This document shows positions 40,747 to 50,238 of a stretch of 64,000 nucleotides of DNA, one piece after another. Origin of the DNA: Candidatus Bathyarchaeota archaeon (GTDB lineage Archaea > Thermoproteota > Bathyarchaeia > 40CM-2-53-6); contig CAVSBL010000002.1 in NCBI GenBank assembly GCA_963726255.1, positions 864,001-928,000 on the forward strand, in the 5' to 3' direction. Both the position numbers and the translations under genes were made by a program. Below the pieces are notes generated by a model. The model was not told the origin of the DNA, made no database searches, and saw nothing but the letters and a program-made list of their open reading frames with translations. Numbering within the stretch: the stretch's first letter is position 1; every line of letters starts with the position of its first letter.

Positions 40747-41679
40747 ATGCTGGAGACGAAACAAGAATACCGTTCAATGGAATCCGTGACCCCAGCTGAG
40801 TACGCGCAGTTTGCTAAGAGAAATAAGAAGATCCAGATCGAGGAAAACGAGGTTCAAATTGGCAAGCCTTGGAGCATATCAAGCTTTGGCCCGCCTAAGG
40901 ATTACGCATACGAGACAGAAACCGTCTGGAGCTTTCCCGACCGCGGTAGCTGGGCTACGCACGTCGGAAACTACCGTGGCAACTGGTCACCATATATTCC
41001 TAGAAACCTAATTCAGAGGTTTACAGAGGTCGGAGATGTAGTACTGGACCAGATGTGCGGTAGCGGTACGACTCTCGTCGAATGCAAGCTTCTGGGCAGA
41101 AACGCAATTGGCGTTGATATCAACCGCGACGCAATAATGGTTGCATTGGACAGGTTGAACTTTTCTTTCGAAACCCTTGACGCCAAATATCCTAGTATTT
41201 CAATTGATACCTATGTCGGCGATGCAAGGAGATTGAATGCTCTACACGATCAATCTATCGATCTGATCGCAACACATCCCCCATACGCATACATAATTCC
41301 GTATGCTCCCCGCATCGAGGGAGACATTTCGGCACTAAGAAAACTGAGCGACTTCCTTAAAGCAGTCCGAGAGGTCGCAGATGAATCCTACCGAGTCCTA
41401 AAACCCGGAAAACACTGTGCGATTTTGATTGGCGATACTAGAAAACACAAGCACTACATTCCTATTTCGTACCGCGTTCTCCAACAGTTCCTCGACTCAG
41501 GATTCGTCCTCAGAGAAGACATAATCAAACGCCAATGGAAGACGAAGACCACGCGAGAGCGGTGGCGGAGTTCGAAATTAGATTTCTACAAAATCGCCCA
41601 CGAACACCTCTATGTTTTCCGAAAACCAGCCTCTGATGAAGAGAGACGGAATTTGAAATTGAGTTCGAAATGGTGGTAG
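40747..41679 (+). CDS. Amino (N6-A/N4-C) DNA methyltransferase
   Basis: LDQMCGSGTTL, THPPY, RVLKPG, HEHLYVFRK. Confidence 0.9.
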   Translation: MLETKQEYRSMESVTPAEYAQFAKRNKKIQIEENEVQIGKPWSISSFGPPKDYAYETETVWSFPDRGSWATHVGNYRGNWSPYIPRNLIQRFTEVGDVVLDQMCGSGTTLVECKLLGRNAIGVDINRDAIMVALDRLNFSFETLDAKYPSISIDTYVGDARRLNALHDQSIDLIATHPPYAYIIPYAPRIEGDISALRKLSDFLKAVREVADESYRVLKPGKHCAILIGDTRKHKHYIPISYRVLQQFLDSGFVLREDIIKRQWKTKTTRERWRSSKLDFYKIAHEHLYVFRKPASDEERRNLKLSSKWW

Positions 41680-41751
41680 GAGATGAGCAAGAGGCATAGC
41701 CAGTTTGAATCACCCAGATAGAGCGCGGGCAGAACATAGCTTGCTTGGAAT

Positions 41752-42903
41752 TTATGGTCCTTCGGAAACCGCCATGCTTTCTAGCGAAGGTAGCGAACGG
41801 CGAAATAATTCAAGGTTCAAGAGGAATGGATAGTCAGACTTCTCAACTTCCCTTTCTTTTCGTTCAAATTCGAACATTCCGCGAACTGATTTGGCCAGAG
41901 CGAACCATCCTAATCCGTCCGTTACATACAAGAGACGATACCGACCACGGCAAAGCTTGCGTAGCTCTTTGAAATGAGCGACAACTTCACGAATCTTGGA
42001 CATAGAAGTAGTGAAGTAGTTCAGCTCCACCACATACTGAATATGACGATTTGCCAGAAGAACATAATCGAATCTCTTGTCCTCACTCTTCCAAAGTTTC
42101 TCTTTGGTGTACCACCACCCCCTGCCAAGACGCTTGGCGGCTTTCTCCACTTCCCCAAGCTCAGTAATTCCAGATAACTTCGTAAATCGAACTCCCTCAT
42201 CTTCAAGGACATTCTCAATCCTGCGTGCTGCATAGTCTCCTCTGGCACGTTTCACCAATTCGACGTTAACAATTCGAAGGCTGCGACGCAGGGCAGGAAT
42301 GACCTGTTTGTCACGTATCAGTTCTCCAAGATCTTCCGAACCGAGTAGGAAGGTAATTATTCGCTCAGCCACTGAGGCATCATGCTCGATTCTAGACCGC
42401 CATAGTGGCCAGCATGACTTAACAGGCCCCGCATAACGCGAAACTGCTTTCTTGTATGAGGCTAGTTTCTCAAGATCCGTGGGCTGATGTGCAAATGACT
42501 CTCGCCTTAGCCCTACTCTAACTATCTGACTCTGAAATTGAGGATCACTGACCGCCACTGCCTCATAATATACAACCTCATTAAGTCGCGAGTGGTCAAA
42601 GAAGAAATTCACCAATTCCGTGTTTGTGAAGCGGATTTGACGATGCAAATGCATAAGCACCAGAAACAATGACGGTTCCCCTCGAAGGAGAGAGCTTAAT
42701 CTCTTCGCTAGGTTAGCACGGTCTTTTGCTGTTGACTCTTCGTCCTGAACTTTCTGGGCCATGATCCAAAATACTTCTTCGCTCCCGAAGACCTTAGTTA
42801 AGAAAATTGGAAAACTCCATGCGGATTTCTCAATAGAAGTTCCCTCTGCACCAAGGTCGAGCGTAGCGAAGAACTCGACTATCCTCTCTTCGATGTCGCT
42901 CAC
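41752..42903 (-). CDS. DpnII-like type II restriction endonuclease
   Basis: C-terminal KRFDYV...VELNYFTTSMSK...YVTDGLGW, a DpnII-family pattern; GTG start chosen. Confidence 0.7.
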   Translation of the reverse strand: MSDIEERIVEFFATLDLGAEGTSIEKSAWSFPIFLTKVFGSEEVFWIMAQKVQDEESTAKDRANLAKRLSSLLRGEPSLFLVLMHLHRQIRFTNTELVNFFFDHSRLNEVVYYEAVAVSDPQFQSQIVRVGLRRESFAHQPTDLEKLASYKKAVSRYAGPVKSCWPLWRSRIEHDASVAERIITFLLGSEDLGELIRDKQVIPALRRSLRIVNVELVKRARGDYAARRIENVLEDEGVRFTKLSGITELGEVEKAAKRLGRGWWYTKEKLWKSEDKRFDYVLLANRHIQYVVELNYFTTSMSKIREVVAHFKELRKLCRGRYRLLYVTDGLGWFALAKSVRGMFEFERKEREVEKSDYPFLLNLELFRRSLPSLESMAVSEGP

Positions 42904-43080
42904 GGCCAGGATCCCTGAACAAGAAGCTTGATAGTGGACAGTACCGTCACGCTGGAGAAAACACTTTCGACTGGACGCCGTCTTCGGGGAAGGCAACAAA
43001 TTCTTTGGACTGGAAGATGCTGAAAAGATACGAGCCTGCGAATACTTGTCTGTACTAATCTTGCTTTCGTGCAGTTGAAT

Positions 43081-43115
43081 GGGGCCGTAATCTAGCCTGG
43101 TCTAGGACATTGCGT
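43081..43115 (+). repeat. Partial copy of the tRNA-Gly 5' end including intron start (att-like)
   Basis: GGGGCCGTAATCTAGCCTGGTCTAGGACATTGCGT vs 61550..61584, 2 mismatches in 35. Confidence 0.88.
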
Positions 43116-43129
43116 GAATATGCTCAGGG

Positions 43130-43282
43130 TCAGCTCTTTCTCTTCTCCTTTTCCAATTCCTCACGGAGGTGTTTCAGAGCGTAGTTGATTGCGTGGCTGT
43201 AACTGCCAAACCTTAGGTCCTTAATCTCCTTGGCCACCCACGAGTAGAGCTCGTCCTCGAGCGTGATCTGAAGTCGCTTCAT
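43130..43282 (-). CDS. Ribbon-helix-helix (CopG-like) regulator, 50 aa (absent from the ORF track)
   Basis: Manual translation MKRLQITLEDELYSWVAKEIKDLRFGSYSHAINYALKHLREELEKEKRKS*. Confidence 0.85.
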   Translation of the reverse strand: MKRLQITLEDELYSWVAKEIKDLRFGSYSHAINYALKHLREELEKEKRKS

Positions 43283-43300
43283 TCGGAATCTAGGCTATTG

Positions 43301-43364
43301 TGTATACGTTAATGTTTTATGCTGAATTATACACCTATACAGAACTATACACATCATGTATACA
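43301..43364. promoter_or_regulatory. Cluster of TATACA boxes, probable RHH operator
   Basis: TGTATA at 43301; TATACA at 43328, 43336, 43346, 43359, between the divergent RHH and MTase genes. Confidence 0.6.
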
Positions 43365-45110
43365 TTTCATGAACACACTGTCAAGACCGAGCCATTCAAT
43401 TCGTTCACCCTAGAACACAGGATCCAAGATTACCTTTCTCACGAACTCCCTTATGGTGAGTACCACGGGTTCTCCGCCTCCATTGAAGGTTGGCCCAATG
43501 TTGCGAGACTGGTTCGACGACTTGCGTACGTTGCGGAGTTTTACGTTGCTACAGAGACACGAAGCGCGGAGGAGCTACTGAAGGAAATCTTCTCCGATGC
43601 GCTTAACCAGGTTAATGTCCAAACATTTGTTCACGGCAATCTTGTTGCTTTCCGTTTCATAACAAATCAGTACTTCCTAGAGAAATCTCAATACGTCTCA
43701 AAACTGAGCCGAGACGAAATTGAGGTTGATCGAAACATCGAGGCTCTAATGTCGTTCCCAGTAGAGTCAATATATCGAATACCTGCCAGTGCAACGATGC
43801 AGGTCGGAAAACGGCTTGAAGATTACTTTACAATTCGAGAAGAGCCCTCGCTGCATTTGACGCATTATTTGCATCCCTACAAAGGCAAGTTTCATCCCAA
43901 GATGATTCGGGCACTACTCAACTATGTGTACCCGGATGATAATGGCCTAGTCATGGACAATTTCGCTGGAAGCGGGACACTCCTTGTCGAAGCTGTACTA
44001 ATGGGACTCGATAGCCTCGGATTGGAAATCAATCCACTTTCAGCTCTAATGTCCCAAGTAAAGTGCGAAGCACTAAACTTTGAACCGAAAGAGCTCAGAC
44101 ACGCAATCGACCGCTACCTAGAGGCGCTTGAAACTCTCATCACCGAATACAAGACACTGCTCAACGGTGACACATTGCTTGTTCAAACCAGTGTCAACCC
44201 GACTGAAATAAAGGAAATCAAGCAACAACTTCCGAAGAAAGTCTGCGTATCATTCAATGATGAAATGTCAATCGACGCAGCTGTCGTCGCTCGGAACCTC
44301 ATTAGGACATATTTCCCCGAGAAATACCGGAACTTCCTATTGTTAGCAGTGAGCGGCACGATAAGCGATGTGGCACGGAGAACGAAAAAAGACTTCGTAA
44401 CGGCGTTAGAGGAGAGGGTGAACGACCTCTATTTGCGGATCTACTTGTTCCACAAGTTGAATGAGAAATTGAAGATCGACTTGGGTAATTCACGTTGTTT
44501 CGTCGGAGATACACGTGACATGGGAAGAACGTGCTTCACTCTGGAGGGCAAGCCCCTCAACGTTGAAGGAGAAACCATTGATGCTATAGTGAATTCGCCT
44601 CCATATTCGACTGCATTGGATTACATTAGGAACGATCTTCCCCAGCTTACCATACTTGGGCTCGTTCCGTCCCTAGAGCGTTTAGAGAAGGACATGATGG
44701 GAAACCCGAACCTCACATACTATCCTGCTGAGATGTCAGAGGAGATAAAGTCCAACGCGACTGAGTTCTCGACACTGCCAGAATACGCTAGGAACATAAT
44801 CAGACAAATTCTTGATGCTGGGAGGGTTAAGGAGGCAATACGTACTTACAAGTTCTTCAAAGACATGAGGCTAACTCTCAGAGAAATGCATAGGGTACTC
44901 AAACCAAACGCGAAGGCAGTCATAATCATCGGCAACAATCACTACAAACTGAACGGCGCGATTGAGGAAGTAAAGAACGATCTGGTGATTGTCGAGATGG
45001 CGAAGGAGGTAGGCTTCTCGCTCGACCGTTCAATCACCCGAAACCTCGAGAAAAGCATGTCTGGAGAGATTCGGTACGAATCAATAGTAATTCTACAGAA
45101 AACGAGGTGA
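43356..45110 (+). CDS. DNA methyltransferase (SPPY, likely N4-C)
   Basis: HPYKGKFHP, MDNFAGSGT, NSPPY, RVLKP. Confidence 0.9.
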   Translation: MYTFHEHTVKTEPFNSFTLEHRIQDYLSHELPYGEYHGFSASIEGWPNVARLVRRLAYVAEFYVATETRSAEELLKEIFSDALNQVNVQTFVHGNLVAFRFITNQYFLEKSQYVSKLSRDEIEVDRNIEALMSFPVESIYRIPASATMQVGKRLEDYFTIREEPSLHLTHYLHPYKGKFHPKMIRALLNYVYPDDNGLVMDNFAGSGTLLVEAVLMGLDSLGLEINPLSALMSQVKCEALNFEPKELRHAIDRYLEALETLITEYKTLLNGDTLLVQTSVNPTEIKEIKQQLPKKVCVSFNDEMSIDAAVVARNLIRTYFPEKYRNFLLLAVSGTISDVARRTKKDFVTALEERVNDLYLRIYLFHKLNEKLKIDLGNSRCFVGDTRDMGRTCFTLEGKPLNVEGETIDAIVNSPPYSTALDYIRNDLPQLTILGLVPSLERLEKDMMGNPNLTYYPAEMSEEIKSNATEFSTLPEYARNIIRQILDAGRVKEAIRTYKFFKDMRLTLREMHRVLKPNAKAVIIIGNNHYKLNGAIEEVKNDLVIVEMAKEVGFSLDRSITRNLEKSMSGEIRYESIVILQKTR

Positions 45111-45116
45111 ACAGCC

Positions 45117-45230
45117 ATGCCTGCGAGAAGTAAGAAGAAAATGCGCAAGGAGGATGTCGCAAAACTGGTTCATGAAGTCGTTGGAGAAGGTGAATTAGTC
45201 TTCATAGATCCAGAAGGAGTAGCCGGCTGA
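45117..45230 (+). CDS. 37-aa ORF coupled to the MTase, possibly a truncated gene
   Basis: SD GAGGTGA overlaps the MTase stop; MPARSKKKMRKEDVAKLVHEVVGEGELVFIDPEGVAG*. Confidence 0.4.
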   Translation: MPARSKKKMRKEDVAKLVHEVVGEGELVFIDPEGVAG

Positions 45231-45266
45231 AGATTCGCACGGTCTCGGTTATCATCTGCACGGCGT

Positions 45267-45638
45267 ATGGTGTTCACTGTGGCAGCGGGCGTCGTTTGTA
45301 ACTATGTGGCGGGTTGGTGTGCGAGAACACGACTAGATGACTCGCTTGATGTATTCGCCTGCCATGGCGCAGGTGGAATCTTGGGAACAATAGCGACGGG
45401 GATCTTTGCCTCCGCCGTCATCAATGCGGCTGGCCCCAACAGACTACTGTACGGGAACATGTACCAATTCATAATACAAGTATTCGGAGTAGTTGTCGTG
45501 GGATTTTTCGCCTTCGTAGGCTCTTACATGCTGTTAAGAATTATCAACGTCTTCACGCCCGTAAGAGTTAGTCGCACGGAAGAGGATGCGGGCCTGGACA
45601 TAACGCAACACGGCGACGAAGCGTACACAAACAAGTAA
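45267..45638 (+). pseudogene. amt: 3' fragment of a second ammonium transporter
   Basis: LDDSLDVFACHGAGG...QHGDEAY, colinear with the C-terminus of the 38712 amt; no N-terminal part. Confidence 0.85.
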
Positions 45639-45683
45639 TCATGAGGCAAGTTGAACTAAAGTCAAACAGATTCCTATTCTACT

Positions 45684-45700
45684 TGTGCGCACACACAAAA
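45684..45700 (-). repeat. Half copy of the dispersed palindrome
   Basis: Reverse complement TTTTGTGTGTGCGCACA. Confidence 0.6.
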
Positions 45701-45761
45701 AAATAAGTTGTAGAAGTATTCTATTTGTTGGCAGCTTGAAGAAAACGGCCGGTGATCTAGA

Positions 45762-46262
45762 GTGGAGAATGAACGCTCGGAGAAAGTCACCATTGACAGA
45801 GTTGAAAAAGATGAGTTGCAAAGCATTCTCGCGTTGCTTGATCAATGCGGACTTCCAAAAGAGAACTTAGAGCCTCATTTATCTACGACACTGGTTGCGC
45901 GGAACGATAGCAGGGTCGTCGGATGTTCAGTTGTGGAACTGTATGATGAATGTGCCTTGCTCGCATACGTCGCCGTTGAACAGTCATTCCAGAGACGAGG
46001 ACTAGGACAGCGCCTCACAAAAGAGGCACTAGATTTAGCAAAGCATCGTGGCGTCGGAACCGTGTATTTATTGACTGAAACGGCAGGCCCATTCTTTTCC
46101 AAACTGGGCTTCGAGTCTATCCCACGTTCTGATGTTCCACAGGAGGTTCAGCATTCATTCGAGTTTACCACATTGTGCCCAATTACCGCACAAGTCATGA
46201 GGACTTCATTGAAGGAAGAAATCGGTCACCAGCCCCATCCAGTTCAATCAAGAGAGAGATGA
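45762..46262 (+). CDS. GNAT acetyltransferase (ArsN2-like)
   Basis: QRRGLG, YLLTETA..FF.KLGF, EFTTLCP..A. Confidence 0.85.
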   Translation: MENERSEKVTIDRVEKDELQSILALLDQCGLPKENLEPHLSTTLVARNDSRVVGCSVVELYDECALLAYVAVEQSFQRRGLGQRLTKEALDLAKHRGVGTVYLLTETAGPFFSKLGFESIPRSDVPQEVQHSFEFTTLCPITAQVMRTSLKEEIGHQPHPVQSRER

Positions 46263-46391
46263 ATCCGCCACCAAGAATGACCCCTAGACTAGACTTCGGT
46301 TTGAATCCGAATCAGGTTCTAGCCAGATGTTCGCGGTCAAGATTTTTGTGCTTGAGTCGCGTCTCACGGATAGGAGTCTTCGACCAGTTCC

Positions 46392-47279
46392 ATGAACGCT
46401 AGATCCGTCGGGATTCTGTCTGTGCTTCTCGCGAGTCTTCTGTGGGCTTTGGAGCCTGTGCTTGCGAAGCGTTCGTATCAGAACTCAGATTTTCAGCGTA
46501 CTCTTGCCGTCAGAGCGATCCTCGTTACTCTTACGGCGTTGCTCTATGTTGTGATGACGAACAGAGGGAATCTTAGGATCGACAGACGCCAATTGTCGGC
46601 GCTTGTGTATGTTGCGTTTGCTGCGAATGTCTTCGGCGATATCGCATACTTCCTTGCTTTGACCCGAATCCCTGTAGTTAATGCTGTGCTGATTGGTAAT
46701 ATGCAGCCCATCTTCATAGTGATGATGGGGTTCTTGGTTCTCAGAGAAGAGAGGCTGAGCAAGTTTGACTACCTAGCGATCGTCGTTATGATGACAGCGG
46801 GAATTCTCATAGCAACTCGAAGCTTAGAGAACTTGATGGCGTTCAGGCTAGGAACGTACGGTGATTCGGTTGTGCTTTCAGCAACTGTCGCCTGGTCAAC
46901 AACCACTATCGCGTTTAGAAAATATCTGAAAGAAATGAACGCAGGCGTCGTAACGTTTTACGGCTTCCTGTTCGCTTCTCTCGTATTCGCAGCTTACCTC
47001 GTGTCCTCTTCAGGATTTAGGGCTGTGAACGTGTATCAGCTCATGATTGGGATTGTGGTTGGTATCGGCACGATTCTTTACTTTGAGGGCCTGAAGCGGA
47101 ACAAGGCTGCAGAAGTATCCTCTCTCGAACTCTCAACACCCCTCTTCGCCGCAGTCCTCGGCTTTCTTGTCTTGGGTGAGCTGGTCACTCAGATTCAAAT
47201 CGTTGGAATGTCTCTCCTCCTGATAGGAGTATTCCTCCTGTCGAGAAGAGAAGAACTAGTTCCTTATCGTTGTTGCTGA
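46392..47279 (+). CDS. EamA/DMT family transporter
   Basis: About ten TMs; QPIF...LREERL; TPLFAAVLGFLVLGE. Confidence 0.88.
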   Translation: MNARSVGILSVLLASLLWALEPVLAKRSYQNSDFQRTLAVRAILVTLTALLYVVMTNRGNLRIDRRQLSALVYVAFAANVFGDIAYFLALTRIPVVNAVLIGNMQPIFIVMMGFLVLREERLSKFDYLAIVVMMTAGILIATRSLENLMAFRLGTYGDSVVLSATVAWSTTTIAFRKYLKEMNAGVVTFYGFLFASLVFAAYLVSSSGFRAVNVYQLMIGIVVGIGTILYFEGLKRNKAAEVSSLELSTPLFAAVLGFLVLGELVTQIQIVGMSLLLIGVFLLSRREELVPYRCC

Positions 47280-47479
47280 GTATCCCCTCTTGAACTCCAT
47301 ATTCAAGAGGTGTGGCTCAAACGGAATGATTGCACGTCTAGCTGATTTGTCAAGCTCATTTTCGTGTGATTTCGTGTTCTTGTCTACGTATGGGGAAGGT
47401 AGGGTTGGGAGCGTTAGCGTGTTGCAAGCTTTCGCGTCCACGCAGTGAAACATTTTTCCCCGCGCTCACACCAACAAAA

Positions 47480-47515
47480 CCGTCGTCCGTCAGTCGATTT
47501 GTGTGTGTGCGCACC
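47480..47515 (+). repeat. Dispersed palindrome left arm with CCGTCGTC module
   Basis: CCGTCGTCCGTCAGTCGATTTGTGTGTGTGCGCACC. Confidence 0.75.
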
Positions 47516-47598
47516 TGACAGGTACTCATAATACACGAGTCGAAAATCATGCGTGCTGTTCAAATGGTGAAGGGAATAAGGAAATCGTGAGATGTAAT

Positions 47599-49137
47599 AT
47601 GACGCTGGTAATACACGGTTCAGGATTGACCGTTGAAGATGTTGTGCGCGTTGCACGTCATGGCGAAAAAGTGGAACTGCATCCCGATTCTATCAAAAAG
47701 ATCAATTCATGCCGCGCCATGCTTGAGAAAAAAGTTGAAGCTCACGAGGTCATGTACGGTGTCAATACCGGTATAGGCGAATTATCGGAGATAGTGCTCA
47801 ACGATAATCAGGTAAGAGATTTTCAGAGATATTTGATTTACAATCATGCTGCAGGTATGGGCGATCCCATGCCCATTGACTGGGTACGTGGTGCCATGCT
47901 CGGGCGCATCAATGTGCATGCACACGGGAATTCAGGTTGCCGCTTGGCGATTACTCAGACTTTGGTGGATATGTTGAACAAGGGTGTTACGCCTTACGTG
48001 TGCACGAAAGGATCTGTAGGTGCTAGCGGTGATCTAGCACCTATGGCGCAGATTGCTCTGCTCCTGATGGGTGAAGGGCACGCATATCACAAGGGTGAGT
48101 TCTTAGAGGGCCATGTGGCGATGGAACGTGCAGGCATCCCCATTCCCGGACTAGAGGCACGCGATGGTCTGGCTGCCATTAATGGTTCCAATGTGCTTAC
48201 CGCCATGTCGGCCCTAATGATATATGACAGCAACAATTGGCTCAAGCAGGCTGAAATAGCCTGTGCTATGTCGCTGGAAGCGCTGAAAGCCAACCTCAAA
48301 CCGTATCAAGAATTAATTCTTGAAGTTCGCGGTTTCCCCGGTGGCGTCCGCAGCGCGAAATCAATTCGTAAGGTAGTGGCTGGCGGTGACCTGTCTGAAG
48401 GCCGTTTAAAAGTGAAGGTGCAGGATGCTTATTCGATGCGTTCCACACCGCAGGTGATTGGTGCAGCACATGATGCGCTTGCCTTTGCCCGAGTACAGGT
48501 AGAGACGGAACTCAATGGTGTGGGGGATAATCCCATTTTCTTCCCGGACAAAAACCTCGTACTCTCAGGCGCCAATTTCCAAGGTTCGCCCGTTGCTTTG
48601 CCTATGGATATAGTAGGTGTTGCGGTAACGATGGTATGCGTACTTTCCGAGCGCCGCATGAATCGCCTGAATAACCCGGCGCTAAGCGTGGGGCTTCCGT
48701 CCTTCCTGATTAAGGATCCTGGCATGTTCTCCGGGCTGATGCTGAGCCAGTATACCGCTGATATGCAGATTGCAGAACAGCGAATCCTCTGTATGCCGGC
48801 TTCTATACAGTCAATCCCGGCTGCTGCCGACCAGGAAGACTTTGTTTCCATGGGCATGAACACCGCTCTGAAGAATTTCCAGATTCTAGACAATGCATAT
48901 GGTATTTTGGGAATCGAGTTCATGGCTGCTGCTCAAGCCCTTGACTTACGTAGAAAATATGAAACACCATATGAATTCGGAAAGGGAACACAAATTGCTC
49001 ATAACACGATCCGTAAACACGTCGAGTATCTTGATATCGACCGCCCGCTTTATCCCGACCACAACAAGATGAAGGAACTCGTCAAATCATGCGAAATCCT
49101 TGTGGACGTGGAGAAAGCCATAGGTTCCCTGGAATAA
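47599..49137 (+). CDS. hutH: Histidine/aromatic amino acid ammonia-lyase
   Basis: YGVNTG, MIO motif GASGDLAP, ING, QDAYSMR, DNP, QEDFVSM. Confidence 0.9.
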   Translation: MTLVIHGSGLTVEDVVRVARHGEKVELHPDSIKKINSCRAMLEKKVEAHEVMYGVNTGIGELSEIVLNDNQVRDFQRYLIYNHAAGMGDPMPIDWVRGAMLGRINVHAHGNSGCRLAITQTLVDMLNKGVTPYVCTKGSVGASGDLAPMAQIALLLMGEGHAYHKGEFLEGHVAMERAGIPIPGLEARDGLAAINGSNVLTAMSALMIYDSNNWLKQAEIACAMSLEALKANLKPYQELILEVRGFPGGVRSAKSIRKVVAGGDLSEGRLKVKVQDAYSMRSTPQVIGAAHDALAFARVQVETELNGVGDNPIFFPDKNLVLSGANFQGSPVALPMDIVGVAVTMVCVLSERRMNRLNNPALSVGLPSFLIKDPGMFSGLMLSQYTADMQIAEQRILCMPASIQSIPAAADQEDFVSMGMNTALKNFQILDNAYGILGIEFMAAAQALDLRRKYETPYEFGKGTQIAHNTIRKHVEYLDIDRPLYPDHNKMKELVKSCEILVDVEKAIGSLE

Positions 49138-49230
49138 AATATTCTTTCTAAACCATGCAGGTCCAGCTGAGAGTCCAATAAACTGCAGCTAATCGGAGAC
49201 TTATCGTAGCCCAGCTTGCCGATGGAATGC

Positions 49231-49280
49231 CCGTCGTCGTTCGTCGTTAGTAAGAGTGTGTGTGGATCTACTGGTGTGCA
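49231..49280 (-). repeat. Dispersed palindrome copy with extended arm
   Basis: Reverse complement TGCACACCAGTAGATCCACACACACTCTTACTAACGACGAACGACGACGG resembles 7651..7688. Confidence 0.8.
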
Positions 49281-49383
49281 GAGCAATTTGAACTCAACAT
49301 TGTCCGATACTGACCTTAACATTTTCTGTAAGATATGTGATATTCGAAGCGTGAGTCTGACGATAAAGGCTCGCCTGACGATC

Positions 49384-49442
49384 ATCCGGTGTTCGCGCAG
49401 TCCCGCATAGGAACCGCGGGGGTTCAAATCCCACCCCCGGCG
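49384..49442 (+). other. tRNA-Ser-like 3' half fragment
   Basis: ATCCGG-T-GTTC...GAAC-CGC-GGGGG-TTCAAAT-CCCAC-CCCCGGC-G; no matching 5' half upstream. Confidence 0.6.
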
Positions 49443-49545
49443 CTCTAGTACGAACCGCTCTATCTTGTTTGTTCCTTCCGATGCACTGTTGGAGGCTTTA
49501 CGCCTAGGCTTCATTGCGTAAGCCGGGAGTAATGACAATCGATCA

Positions 49546-50238
49546 TCATGCGCGCTCGTCAGGTACTATTTCACAGAATAGACTGGATTCGTCGACTTCT
49601 GTAATCTGCACGTCACCGATAAGGTCATGGGTCAATCTCGAGAAATCTTGAGAGCCGACAGTTGTCGCTGTGAACCCATCCTTGCACACAATGATTCCTT
49701 CCTTTGTCTTTTCGTAGTCGATTTCCCCCAATAATCCGGCCTGCGACTGAAGCTCGAACCATTTCATTCGATCTCCCCAGAACTTGTTTGAATAGCTCGA
49801 GAAAAGGATTACGCCCCTGAGCCTCGTCACTCGTATGCTTTCAGAGATCAGCGCTCGCTGGTCTACATGAAACGCGGAGATTCCGTTCTGAATGCAAACG
49901 ACACGATCAAATGTTTGATCACGATAACCGAGGTGCACTGCGTCCATCCGGGAAAGAGAGATATTTGAAATACCATGAAGGAAATTGTGAGCAAATTCTA
50001 AACTGGGAGCAGAAATATCAATTCCGGCTACCCATCTCGCGTTCTTTGCTAATTTCGGAAGAATCCGACCATACCCACAGCCTAGCTCTAATACCAGATC
50101 GGCGGGACGAATTTTCTCTAATACATGGCTCACCTCGGCATCGAGGTATTGTCTGACTCTTGGAGGTGCGATGTCGTACACCCGTTTGAGTTGTACAGCA
50201 GATAACTTATGCGAATAATACTTGCTCAGAAGAAACAT
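49546..50238 (-). CDS. Class I SAM-dependent methyltransferase
   Basis: VLELGCGYGR, GIDIS, MDA, FDRV. Confidence 0.88.
   Translation of the reverse strand: MFLLSKYYSHKLSAVQLKRVYDIAPPRVRQYLDAEVSHVLEKIRPADLVLELGCGYGRILPKLAKNARWVAGIDISAPSLEFAHNFLHGISNISLSRMDAVHLGYRDQTFDRVVCIQNGISAFHVDQRALISESIRVTRLRGVILFSSYSNKFWGDRMKWFELQSQAGLLGEIDYEKTKEGIIVCKDGFTATTVGSQDFSRLTHDLIGDVQITEVDESSLFCEIVPDERA

Noticed and set aside
43081-43115. Split-tRNA 5' half
   Set aside because: Substitutions at positions 2 and 10 break acceptor and D-stem pairing relative to tRNA-Gly, no clear TATA upstream, and an intact gene exists at 61550.
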